64,000 bases of DNA from Anthoceros angustus (taxonomy: Eukaryota > Plantae > Anthocerotophyta), in assembly GCA_010909165.1 (NCBI GenBank), contig MU008160.1, positions 496,001 to 560,000 on the forward strand, in the 5' to 3' direction. The position numbers were made by a program, and so were the translations under genes. The first letter of the stretch is position 1; the number at the start of each line of letters is the position of its first letter. A model generated the notes under the pieces. It saw nothing but the letters and a program-made list of their open reading frames with translations. It was not told where the DNA came from and made no database searches. Shown piece by piece: positions 26,471-38,030 of the stretch.

Positions 26471-27199
26471 AGTATGTGGGGCGAAGGAGGTAGCTTGTGC
26501 ACACAAAAGGAGGCGAATTAATGCACCCGCGGTCGAGAAGGACAACGTAGCGGCGCGTGCAGGTATCTTAATGTCTGGCAGGAGGAGCAATGACATCGCG
26601 CCTCTGCGGGTGCCTCCGAAAAATCGCGATGCCCGCCCTATTCAATTTCAAGCGGAAGGGGAAGAGTCCATGCGCGCTGAGGGACACTCCATTCTCCTGC
26701 GGCGATCGAGTTGTGGAAATCGTGGAGCCATGGCCGGGTCATCGGCGAGACCGTTCCGACGGCCGGGCGCGACAAAGTCACGAAAACTGGGTGAAGGGAC
26801 ATCGGGAACTTCAATCGCGGTCCGGTCGAGGCGCAAGACTGTGAGCGGGCGTGAGCAGTGGGTTGGGGTTGGGGTCGCGGGCAAAGGCTAAGGAAAGGAG
26901 GGGGGGGAACATTGAGCATGGAGCGAAGAAGGCGGCGGTGGCTCGATCGCGGTTGTTTTTGCGGGATGGGGCCACCTGCGGGCGGATCCGTTGGGGCGAG
27001 CGAGGACCGCGGCGTGGCGGCGATCGGCGGTAGCGCGTTCGCTGGACGGGTAGACGTCGACATCATCGCCGTCCATGCCCGTGTTCGAACGCTTGCCGGA
27101 CGACATTCGCACGTCGCATAGCGGATGGGAGGGACATGGTGGCGCATGTCTTGAGGTTGGAGGAGACAAGGGCTGCGGGCTTGGACTCGTGGGTGGTTT

Positions 27200-30100
27200 T
27201 GGTGCGTGCAGGATGGAACCATGCCGTGGAGGATGCTCCGGATGAGAGGTGGGCAATGCATTGTGGACGGGGTTGACATGCACCGAGGGTATCTATTTCA
27301 GCACATGGACACATTTGAATTGCGGAGGCCTGCGAGGAACAAGGAGCCTCCGGCAACGGCGGATTGGTGGGTTGGGGCGGGTCCAACGCGGAAGGAGAAG
27401 GGGATGCGGAAGGCGATGGAGTTGGCCGCCGCGTTCAGAAGAGTGCAGCAATGGTGGTGTGGTGAGGCGGATGCAACGGAAGTCATGCTGTGCTTGGTGA
27501 CGATGGTCGACCAGGTGTACGTGGGTGGGTTCGATCGCGGCAGCCACGTGTACCATGCGACGGTGGTGGACACGATGCCTGCACTGCGGCGCCATGCATC
27601 CTCTGACGAAGGAGCATGCGCGAGACCGCAAAGGCGATGGGTGGGCGGTGGAGTGGGGATGTGACACTCATGCATCTGTGGATGCCACGACAGTTCCGCT
27701 TAGATGTGTGGACGGGCTGGACTACATGGGCATGTTGGCGATGGCATGCGGCGATCGGCGGGGCGAATGACAATTGCCCGCGAGTCGGACGAGGGGTGCC
27801 GCCGATGCAGCAATGTCGGTTGCCGTTTCTCCTTGATTGCGTATGTCTTGTACGTGGACAAGGTGAGCTTCTTTGCCGAGAGGAGGCTTTGCGGTCTCAC
27901 GTCATCCTCGAAACCTGCGATATGGGAGCCCGAAATTCCAGTGTAGGTGCTACAAAGAGTCTCGTGTTTCTCTTCAACGTGCACACACCGGTGGCCTATC
28001 ATAGAGTTGTGGGGTGGAAAGGCGTAGGAATAATGGTGGGGTCGGTATTTGAAACATTGTATCGTGGATTTGTGGAAAGAAGCAAGGCAAGGCATGAATG
28101 TCCTTAGGCATGGGGTCCAGCAACCCAAAGCGTCAAAGTGAATAAGGCACATGACGCTCATTTCATGAAACTTTGTCGGTGGCGTGGCGGAATTATTCGA
28201 CATACGGCCGGAGATGAGGGAAACCACGCATTGTCGAGATGGAACAAGTGGCGTGCTCGGTCTTGAACAGGCTGCTCCAAGTAGTGAATCCCACCGGAGA
28301 CCACGCAGCGGGCGGTGTGGTGAGGATAGGCCCGAGTACGCCAAACACTGCGGCGATCATGGGGGCAGAGAACCAGGCGGGTTGGGTTCGCCAGGCGATG
28401 GGCCGGATTGATGGCGCGGAGTGGGCGGGCGGAGGAGGCGGAGGCGGTGTGGGGAAGGAGGAGATGAGGGTGATAGCGAGGCGCGGTGGATGGCAAAGGC
28501 GTGAGCAGGGTCGGACGATGGGGTTGGATGGAGGGGCGGAGGGGCGGGGAGGCGCGGGCGGAGGGAGGAGGCGGAGTGGGCGGGGAGAGGGCGAGGCGGG
28601 TAGGAGGGCAGGCGGAGGGGCCGAGGCGCGGGCGGAAGGAGGAAGGGCGGAGGGGGCGTGAGCGCCATCCGGGCGAGTGAGGCGGGTGGGCGGGGCGGGC
28701 GGGAGGGAGGAGGGCGGGCGGGGCCGGAGGGAGGACGGGCGGAGGGGGTGGGGCCGAGGCCCAGAGCGTGCGAGGGCAGGGCCAGGCAATGAGAGGATGG
28801 CGAGGCGGAGGGGCGGAGGCGGTGTGGTGAGGCCGGCGATATGTGGGGGGTGGGCGGCGGAGGAGATGGGGCGTCGCAAGGGGAGATGGAGGGGCCGAGG
28901 CGCGAGAGGACGGGAGGGATCCGATGGAGGAAGGGAGGAAAGTGTCGGAGGTGGAGACGATCACAGAGCCCTCACTCAGAAGCAGGCGGCGGGTGGGAGG
29001 AAGGCGGAGGGCAGGGCCCTTCGTGGAGACTTTGAGGAACATCGCAGAGGGGCGGAGGAGGCGGGGCGGACATTGAAAGGGCTCGCGGGCGGTGGGAGGA
29101 AGGGGAGGGGCGGGCCGTGCGGAACCGGAGGACGGGCGGAGGGGGGGGGGCCGAGGGCCCAGAGCGGTGCGAGGCAGGCGGAGGGGCCGGGGCAGTGGCA
29201 ATGAGAGGATGGCGGGGAGGCGGAGGGGTGCCGTGAGGCCGCCGACCGTATGGGTGGGCGGGGCGGGCGGAGGGGAGATGGGGGCGCAAGGGGGGAGATG
29301 GAGGGGCCGAGGCGCGAGAGGACGGGAGGGGGGATCCGATGGAGGAAGGGAGGAAAGCGGCGTGAGGTGGAGACGATCACAGAGCCCTCCGACATCAAAG
29401 AGGGCGAGCGGAGAGGGAAGGGAACGGCCCAGGCCGCCTTCCGGGAGACTTTGAGGAACATCGCAGAGGGGCGGAGGAGGGGCGGACGGACATTGAAAGG
29501 GCTCGCAGCGAGCCGGGATGTGCACCGCGACGTTGAGGAGGTGGCCGCACGGTGCCTGTGGATGGAGAGGGCCACGCGGTCCAGAACAATAGAAGACGCT
29601 CGCAACCTCATCCTACAAAATGTGACCATCACGCGGGTGTGAACTGGGAGTGAGGATTGTGCAGCGACGCTGAGGAGGTGGGCGGGGCCGTGGGCGCGGG
29701 CGGAGGCGGTGTGACGGCATTGCGAGCCATGCACCGGAGGCCATGGAAATCGCACTGCGCATTGGTGGTGCAATACAGTAAACCGATGTACATGTGGCAC
29801 ATGGATCGTGAGTGTCTGAACTTGGAGCACATGGTGGTCGCCGATAACGACAAGGCACGACAACTAAGCAGGTGCGAGAGTGTTGTCTGCACGACAAGAT
29901 GTACATGTTCCACTTCGTGGTGCACGCGGCCATAGATGGGGCAACATAGCATAACGGTCTTTGGAGGACAACAAGCGGTGAACAATCTACAAGGCGTCGC
30001 GGGAGTGCGTAGGTTTGGGCACCCGCGGCGGTCCGATTTGGCGCAACCTAGTTGAGGAGGACTGAACCGGCGAGGCCGCGAGAACGGGAGGAACTTCATT

Positions 30101-32274
30101 CGGGGCCATCGGTGCACAATCGTAAGGTAAGGTGGATCGGATGTCATGTGAAGGGATTTGCAATGTGCTTCCACGAATGCGGCTGGAACTTCCGGGCCGG
30201 GCCGTGCGGACGCGCAGGCGTGGTTGGTGGGTGGAGTGCGTGGGTGTGAGGCGATCGAGCACTTCCGAGGGCGAAGGAGAAGTGGGGCTTCTGCAAGAGA
30301 GGTACATGTTGAGCTGCGGGGCAGTAGTGAGTTGGATACCACGAACCCTTGGCACATACATTCCTTGCCGACATTCATGCCCACCATGAGGACAGAGTGG
30401 CGACTTTCGTTAGGGTGTGGAACTTGCGGTGAGGAAAATGAGGTCGGAGGCGATGACATAGCTGGCCACGTCCGCGGAGGCCTTCCAGAGGAGGAGCGGT
30501 GGGGCAGGGCCGCCTGCATATGGGGTAGACGAGGAGGACGACAACGACTACTATGTCCCCGGACCACGATGACGCGCAATGTTGCACCTGCCACCGCCTC
30601 CGATAGCATTCTTGTGAGGGTAAGTGAACGTCGGTGAAGGCGTGAATGTGAACCAGCGATTCTTGATGACGACAAATGTTTTGTGTAGGACATGCAAGTG
30701 GCGAGGGACATGGCGTCTGGCGGGCTTGAAGTGTACAAATTACCTCCGGACATGTATCGCTTTGCAGTGGCGTGTGCTTGTATTGCGGACGGGGATCCCT
30801 CTGCAGGAGATGGTGTGGGAGTGGAATGCACCGTGCACCGTGGACATGGAGAGCCCTTAACCTCTTGAGCGCTTTTCATATGAGGTGTCGCGGTGGCGGC
30901 TAGGGGCGGGTATGTAGTGCAAGCGGGAGGCAATGAGACATGGATAGGGAAGGCGACGGATGAGGGCATCACCGCCGATAGGATAGAAACGTGAGGGCCG
31001 GAGGGGCCACAGCGTGGACACACAGGGCTCATGGAATAGCCTCTGCGTCCGAGATTTCGCGGTCAAGGCATGGGCGAGACATTCCCAAGTTCTGTCACGA
31101 CCTTACAATGGTGCATGAAAATTGTGGAGACGCTGTCGAATCACCTTTGTGTGAAACCGCATTCCCCTTGAAGTGGGCGGCGGCTATCAAAGCGAACCTC
31201 TGAAGCGAGTTCCGCGGACCCAAATCACACGAAAGAAGGCACTGTATGGGTTGTCAATTAATAAGCAAGCGTGGCCTGGAAAGGGCAAAAAAAGGCGGTT
31301 GACAAGGCCAAGGAGAATGGAAGCGGGCCAAAATGCACGAGGGAACACGATCTTGGCAAGCATGAACCGAGGGCCAAGTTGAAAACGTGGGCACAGATAT
31401 CGCCGAGTGGTGAGAATACACGAAGAGGGAAGCGTCAAAATTTGGTCAAGTCAAAGCGTGGGAAGGGTCCGAAGACACCTACAAATCTAAACCGTAAAGG
31501 CCTCGTACATCAAGTCCTATCAAAACCTGCTCCACAGTGCCTAAAGCACATGACCACCGATCCTAACCCCATGATCACCTCGATGATGTAGAGGTCGTCA
31601 TCTCCTCCCACAAGACATGGTTGGCGTCAATTCGTGAAGAGGCGTTGAGATGAAATCCAGGGGGCGATAAGCGTCGAGGCCGGTGTGCACTGTGAGTCAA
31701 GCCGTCGGAGTGAAACTTGGCCATCCACGAAGTCCTCCGTGACTCGGGTGCTTGGACCGCGAGGCCTCGCGTGATCGTTAGGACCCAATGGCCACCCATC
31801 AAAATGGGTATGCATGAAATAGTGCGCTTCGACGGAAGGCACTCTCATGATAGGAAGTCCAGTCCGGTCAAATACTGCGACCACGTTCCTCACGAAAAGA
31901 ACTTGAAGTCAAGGGTAGTTCTCTATGTGGCGGATGAGGTCGTTGTGGTCCTCATGCGCAAAAGCGCATCAAGCTCCTCGTGGGACAAAGGATGCATTGG
32001 CTTCTTGGGGTCATAAGACACTAAAACAACTCACTCCACATATTAGGATCGGGTGAGCTCGGAGGAGATCGTGGAACCCTCCTCCTTGCTGCCCACACAT
32101 CTGCTGCAGGCTGCGGCTGCGGCATGTGAGGAGGAGAGGTGGGCGGTGCACATCCCAGCCCTGGCCGCAGAAGCCTACAATAATACTGCGGTGGCACCGG
32201 CGACCATCTGCGTGTCGGGTTTGCAAGAAATGAGCATCAAACAATTCGGCATCACCATGGCGGGGAAGGAATGA
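27200..32274 (+). pseudogene. Frameshifted Cys-rich gene of unknown function inside the TIR element (gene B), split by a G-rich low-complexity tract
   Basis: Acceptor gtgcag at ~27211. Protein-like segments (EVMLCLVTMVDQVYVGGFDRGSHVYHATVVD followed by CxxC-type motifs; CRRCSNVGC; CGTCG; ...LQEMSIKQFGITMAGKE*). No catalytic motif recognised. Confidence 0.35.
28400..29510 (+). repeat. G/A-rich low-complexity tract with ~420-bp tandem duplication
   Basis: ggcaatgagaggatggcg...gggagatggaggggccgaggcgcgagagga...gactttgaggaacatcgcagagg occurs twice (~28785 and ~29197). Many GGG runs. Confidence 0.8.
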
Positions 32275-34048
32275 GGGGCGAGGTTAGTTGCGGCTTAGTG
32301 CGAGGATGGGGAGGGGCTATTCTGTGGTGCCTCCTCCCCTCATCGCGCGCCCCCATGATGCGTCGCCCGCCTCCCGTTGCCGCCTTGCGCCCTGGCCGCC
32401 GCCCGGCTTTGCCCAGTCCCGTCCTGCTGCCGCCTTCCTCGCCTCCGGCCTTCCCCGCCTTGCCCATGTGCCTCGCCCGCCTCGCCCAGCCTCTCCTTGC
32501 CCGCCTCTCCTTGCACTGCGGTGGCACCTCCGCCGTCACCCGGAGTGAAGGCCGCTTGCCCCTCGTCCCGATCCCTCGGCGGCCCATTGCGAGGCACTTT
32601 GCCACCTGCTGAGATCCTCGTCTACTTTGCGGCTGCCCGCCTCAGTCCCTCGCCACGCAGGCCCCTCCTCCGCCCGTGCCTTGCCCGAGCGGCCCTTCTC
32701 AGCCCGGTCCATGCGAAACCCCCACATTGGTGCCTAGCTCGCCCCTCGCCCGGCCCTTGCTTGTCAGTGTGGGCATCTCGCCCTGCCACTGCACTTGTGC
32801 AGCGCCCGACCACGTGAGGCACGGCTACCAGGCGCCTGCACTGGGCGTGCGCGTGCTGCACTGCGTGCTGGACACGCGCACCTCGCACCTCGTCGCCCAC
32901 TGGGACCCTGGCCCCTCGTGCCCCGTCGTCACCGCACGCCTGCGAGTGCAAGCCAAATGCGCGTGGCGCAAGCGACCCGCCAAATCGCCTAACGCTAAAC
33001 CCACACTGTGCCTCCACCCTCTTGCTTGTGAACCCTAAAAGCGGGCATGTGAAACGCCTGAAGGGCCTCCCGGGACCCTAGCAGGGGCGTTGCGTGTGAA
33101 CAAAAATTTTTGTTCAGCGTGAAAAAAAAGCATAGAGTGCGCAAAAAACCCTAAAGTTCCCTTTGTAATCCGGTGACCTTGAAAGTGGCAGCTTTGGTGC
33201 GTCCCCTTTTGGGCGTACCCATTTTCGGTGGGGTTACCACAGGGACACCAAAAGTTTCTCTTGGAAGAAAAAAAATGTCAAATCCCCTCATCCTCTTTGG
33301 TATGCCATAGTTTACAACGGGCTCATTTGGAACTTTATTTGGCTAAAAAAACCAAACAATGTTTCACGACATGGCTATACCTTGTTACAATAGTGCCTAA
33401 ATCCTTTAAGAGGTTCGGTTTTTATTTTGTTTTATTATTTCTACATTGCATTGTACTTCGGTATTACGGCTGAAGCCCGTCTTACCACAAGATGGTTTTC
33501 CTACCTTGTACTTGGTGTTGTAAATCAGGGTTTGTTGTAAATACTGGCACATTGGTTACAATAGATTTTTTTAAAATAGTGAACTAATGAAAGAATACAT
33601 TGTACATTATGTTGTAATTGTGTAGTTCTACTCATCTATTATAAATTCTTCATCCTATTTAACAGAAAAAAATTCAAGATTATTATGTCATAATAAATTT
33701 CATTGTACCCTACATTGTACAGTACTAAGTGATGTAAATATTGTTGGATGACTTACTACAGCTTTTTTCTCAATAAAAATTATAAGTAAAATATATTATA
33801 ACTATTTTTGTAAAGTACATTCCATGGGTCTACTTGTAAGTAAGGATTACCATTTTAAAAGGTAATTTATTTTTACTTATACTAAGCATTGTAAAACTTT
33901 GGGTTTAGGGTGTTAGGGTATGTTGACTAGGTTATTGCAATTAAGTGCCTTTATCTGGATCAATACTAGGATGAGGGCCTTGATATATTTGAGGGCTCTT
34001 AAAAAGCACACGCGGCAACTAGTAGCGTGCAAAGGGTGCCATGTATGG

Positions 34049-34136
34049 AGAAAAAAGCAACACAATTCTGGATGAGGGTTAAAGACTAAGCGATTCATTC
34101 CCCACTCTCATTGATTCAACATTTAAACCCAAAAAC
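34049..34136. repeat. ~90-bp dispersed direct repeat, copy 1 (copy 2 at 62259-62346)
   Basis: aaaaagcaacac(a/g)attct..atgagggtta(a/g)agactaagcgattcattcc.cactctcattgattcaa.atttaaacc.aaaaac is shared by both sites. Confidence 0.85.
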
Positions 34137-34268
34137 GTAAAGTCGCGGCCTCGTGGGGCCTTCACGCCTAGCTTGGTTTTTTTTTTTTCAGGGGCCAAAA
34201 GGTAAAACTAAGAGAGAGAATTTTCAATTGGTAAAATTTTTTACCGAATAAGGTGGAAAATTGTAACA

Positions 34269-34450
34269 ATAGAGTAGAAAGCATAGATGATGGATGGAAA
34301 CATTTTACCATCCAAGTCAAAACTAGAACAGGAGGGTAAAAAATGGATCAACCAAGTGAATATAGAGTAAAAACGCTCGATGAATGGAAACATTTTACCA
34401 TCCAAATCAAAACTAGAACAAGAGGGTAAAGAATGATCACCAAGTGAATA
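34269..34450. repeat. ~90-bp tandem direct repeat, 2 copies
   Basis: atagagta.aaa...atggaaacattttaccatccaa.tcaaaactagaaca.gagggtaaa..atg..caccaagtgaat occurs twice. Confidence 0.8.
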
Positions 34451-35006
34451 GCAAGTGCCGAAATACCATGGTAGATTGTAATCTCTGTGGAGGCCTAGTA
34501 ATTCCAACACACAATCGCTAACTGGCAAGAAACATCTTACATTATACCATTCATGGATCCGTGATATACAAAAACCAACAAAGAAATATCATCTTTGCAA
34601 AGTTTCACATATATCCGGTGCATGAATTCAAAATAACAGAAAATAGAGAAAATACCAGAATAGTTGATCCTCCTTATTCGAAATTACAAATCTACATATA
34701 CAAAGTAAATTAGGCATGTAACCAATTAGAGATTCGGGAATAGGCCGAAAGAAAAGTTCATTAGAAAAGATTCCCACCTTATTTTGGAAAATTGGTACAA
34801 TTGTAGAGATTGAAGACATAGTTTCCAAGACCACTTGGTTTAACCGGGCAACTTGTCCAACATTATCATAGTTTGCGAAGTTGATGAACACAGGGGCTTT
34901 GGAGAAATTCTTCATCTTCACGAAAGTTGAGAACCTAATCAAACATTACCGTCTTAGTCTACTAAAGTAAATTAGCGATCAAAATCAAGGGAACAATTAA
35001 ATCAAC

Positions 35007-35470
35007 TTACGACTTTATATGGTTTTCCATGGATGGAAGTGAGGCGCTGGAGTAGATAACATTGTCAATAGTTTGCTTCTGCCTTTCCCAATCGCATTTC
35101 TGTTTCCTTCTTGCTGCTTTGTTTGAGTTTTTCCTGCTGTTTGAAATACTCTTGCCTCCTTTCGACATTTTTTCCTTTGGATCTCCAAAGCTTCTCTCTT
35201 TGCTTGGAAACTCGAGTTGTACGCCTTGCTCAATCAATGATTCTAAATGCATTTGTTGAAATTCCCTTTTCGATTCTCCCATTCTCCCTTTCTCGGGTAA
35301 TCTCGGCAAAGACGCTCAAACCTGCTTGAACCACCCTTCTCAACCCCATCTTTCTACATATCCAAAGCTATATGTCTCCACAATCCTTTGCACTTCCGGT
35401 TGTCTCACCACAATGACTTGGCACACGGGCCTCCAAGCGAGGCATCACCTCCACCACACTCGGGGCACCA
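35007..35470 (-). pseudogene. Trihelix (Myb/SANT-like, GT-1/ASR3-type) DNA-binding domain; probable 3' exon of the tyrosine recombinase gene
   Basis: Composite of adjacent frames: SVVEVMxxLEAR...K-GLWRHIALDM*KDGVEK...RFERLCRDYxRKGEWENRKG-EFQQMHLESLIEQGVQLEFP. This matches the plant trihelix pattern W..IA..M...G.....F/W.NL..DY.K...WE....F/YW.M.....E..L...F. Confidence 0.6.
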
Positions 35471-36425
35471 TCAATGTTGAAATGAGGCTGAAATGTCAAA
35501 CTAGTGGTCACATCTAGTGGTGGGGCTAATACTGCCCATAGAATCGGACAAACACAATAAGAGAATGAAGGATGAAACTTAAACCACCTTTACACTTAAC
35601 CTTTTCAACATGTCGATGTTGAATACACCCGATAGTTAGTCTGCTGTTGTCAATCAAGATCTTTAACACTACTTTCGGCGCAGACAGCAAAGCTTCACAA
35701 TGCGAGCGCAAACAACAACAAACATTGTATGAAATATTGGGTGCAAACCGCAAGGAGAACCAAAATACAACGACAAGATACTAACCGTCCAGTCTTGACA
35801 AAGGGCCTGCTTTCATGGTGGATAGCAAGGGTGGTAACGATTAGCACACACAAAAAGCAACAAAAAAGTCAAATACCAATCGCAAAGAAGAAAAGAAACA
35901 AACCTTTGACACCAAAAGCGACTCATAAAATGCTTACTCAGAGGAGGCATCACCTCCACCACACTCGGGCACCATCAATGTTGAACGAGGACCAAATGCT
36001 CGTCAAACTAGTGGTGACACGGCATCTTTAGTGGTGGGGCTAATACTGCCGACAAACATAGAATCGGACAAACACAATAAGAGAATGAAGGATAAAACTT
36101 AAACCACCTTTACACTTAACCTTTTCAACATGTCGATGTTGAATACACCCGAGTTGGTCTGCTTGTCAATCAAGATCTTTAACACTACTTTCGGCACTTG
36201 CAAAGCTTCACAATGGGCGCAAACAACAACAAACATTGCATGAAATATTGGGTGCAAACCAAAGCAAGGACGAAATACAGCAAGATACTAACAGTCTGAC
36301 AAAGGGGCCTGCTTTCATGGTGGATGGGGTGTAGAACACGCAACAAAAAGCAACAAAAAGAATCAAATACCAAGAAAAGATTAAAAGAAACAAACCTTGA
36401 AACCAAAACGACTCATGGAATGCTT
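35438..36425. repeat. Tandem duplication, ~505-bp unit, 2 copies
   Basis: gaggcatcacctccaccacactcggg...catagaatcggacaaacacaataagagaatgaagg... at ~35439 and ~35944. Confidence 0.85.
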
Positions 36426-36689
36426 ACGTTCGAACTTGTAGGCAACATTGAGCACAAGCCTATGCACAACAAATTCTTAACATCCTTACTGTAGAATCAT
36501 AATCTTCTCGGTAAAATCACTCCCTTCATGTAGAAAATACTTACATCTTGATTTGGAAAAACTATATAGTCCCATTGACAACAAGCACGGAAGCACACCC
36601 ATAGTCATCCGCATCCAGTTCTTCATTGAGCAACTCATTGTATGATCTTCTTTCACGGGAACTAGAACCACATGCTTTTGTTTGCTTGC

Positions 36690-38030
36690 CCGGCATACCG
36701 CAAAGTCCACGATGAGAACACATCATGTCAATAGAAGGCATAAACAAATTCGGCATCAACAAATAGATCCTACCTTGAAAATCCAGATCGCTTTGTGGCG
36801 GTGGCGCCGCATCTCGAGGGCACGAGCCATGGTCGGTCCAGCGTAATCATCGTTACCCACGGCTCTTGTTAGTGTAATACCCATCAAGACCACGCCATTG
36901 TCTTCATATATTTTGAGAGCATTCCTTTGGATACGGGTTTTGCATACCAAGCCTACTCAGAGAAAATTAAAGTTAGCACGTCCAATGGAACACAAACCTA
37001 GAACCCTTATCGAAACATACTTACATTCGATCTTGGATTATCGATGGGAGAATTGAAAAGAAACCCTTGGATAGATATATTCTTGTCATTTGCAGTCCAC
37101 TTTGGACAATGGTCAATGACGGCTTTATATGTTTGAATAACATCCACCTCATAGTTTTTCACTTTTGGCCGGAAGTGCTCACTCTGGTAGTTGCGCATAT
37201 CAACTTTGTAATTCTTCGAATGTCGTTCCTCGTATCTGCGAGGCAACACAAGAGGGTATTACAACACAAACAAGGTATCATACACAGAGAGTATTACCAC
37301 ACAACAAAGCATCAATCAAAACATGGACAAAGCGTCTGCAAAAACGCCTCGAATCCAAGAGAATGAGAAGTCACGATTAAGTTGTGCAATTCCTCCCACG
37401 TGCTCAAGCGATTCATGCAAAATATGCACACCTATTGAAAACACAATCGTTAGAAGCAAACAACGAACATGTGCAAAAATGCACACAAGAAGCTAGGAAT
37501 CGAACACAAACCTTTTAGGCGCCTCGCCCAAAAGAACATTGATGGTCACGTGGGCAGAATTTCTCTCATCATCATCGGATATCGGTTTCACCACCTTCGA
37601 CGATACTATACCAAGGTCTTTCGATTTTCATGGAAGCAACAAGTGCGGCGACAACCATTGAACACGCCGTGAAACATATTGATCACACACGCCGGACCCA
37701 AGGCGGCTTTGCTCGAACACACTTCCTTATCAAAATGCGATTGAACCCTCGAAGAAGGACATCAACTGCACCAATATCGAAATCAGCACATAAAATGAAA
37801 AAAACACAACGGAATAAGAAAGGGATGAAGACTTACGTTTTGGAGAGAATCTTGAGTTGTCTTTTAAGTTCGAACTTGGTGGAAAACGGTATCAATATAA
37901 GGTTCAAGTCCTTGTGAGGAATGTCCTCTATTACTATCCCAACCCCTCACACCACTCACTTTCATGAAAGACTTAAGAAGACTGGCACCAATTATTTTGG
38001 CGTTTGGACTTGTCCTCACCACCACTCATT
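36690..38030 (-). pseudogene. Crypton-like (DUF3504-type) tyrosine recombinase, spliced and frameshifted
   Basis: In order on the minus strand, with 1-bp shifts and GT-AG introns: IEDIPHKDLNLILIPF-HQVRT-KDNSRFSPK | LLRGFNRILIRK ... INMFHGVFNGCRR-ALVASMK-SKDLG...KPISDDDER | CIFCMNR-ARG-EELHNL (catalytic Arg ~37400) | YEERHSKN (37234-37211) ... FLFNSPIDNP | WYAKPVSKGMLSKYMKTMA-GLDGYYTNKS (36873-36862) - VTMIT ... HKA..GFSR | Y (candidate TAT ~36697, after a degenerate acceptor). Confidence 0.72.

Larger units (their letters stand above)
11438..33310. mobile_element. ~21.9-kb TIR-bounded DNA transposon-like element of unassigned superfamily, with TTTA target-site duplication
   Basis: The left end CTATGGCATACCAAAGAGGACAGAGGGGATGGGACATTTTTTTT matches the reverse complement of the right end CTATGGCATACCAAAGAGGATGAGGGGATTTGACATTTTTTTT (20 bp perfect, ~45 bp imperfect). 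TTTA flanks both ends (11434-11437 and 33311-33314). Confidence 0.8.

Noticed and set aside
33030-33920. Telomere-like AAACCCTAAA / GGGTTTAGGG hits
   Set aside because: Isolated single units rather than an array. At most telo-box-like.
34141-34172. Helitron-like 3' end (GGCC hairpin followed by CTAG)
   Set aside because: The stem is weak, the next base is C rather than T, and I found no matching 5' TC end or Rep/helicase sequence. Not supportable.
37590-37935. Possible DNA methyltransferase motifs (EDIPH; INMFHG…ALVASMK)
   Set aside because: The same residues fit much better, and in order with many more motifs, into the Crypton-type recombinase.
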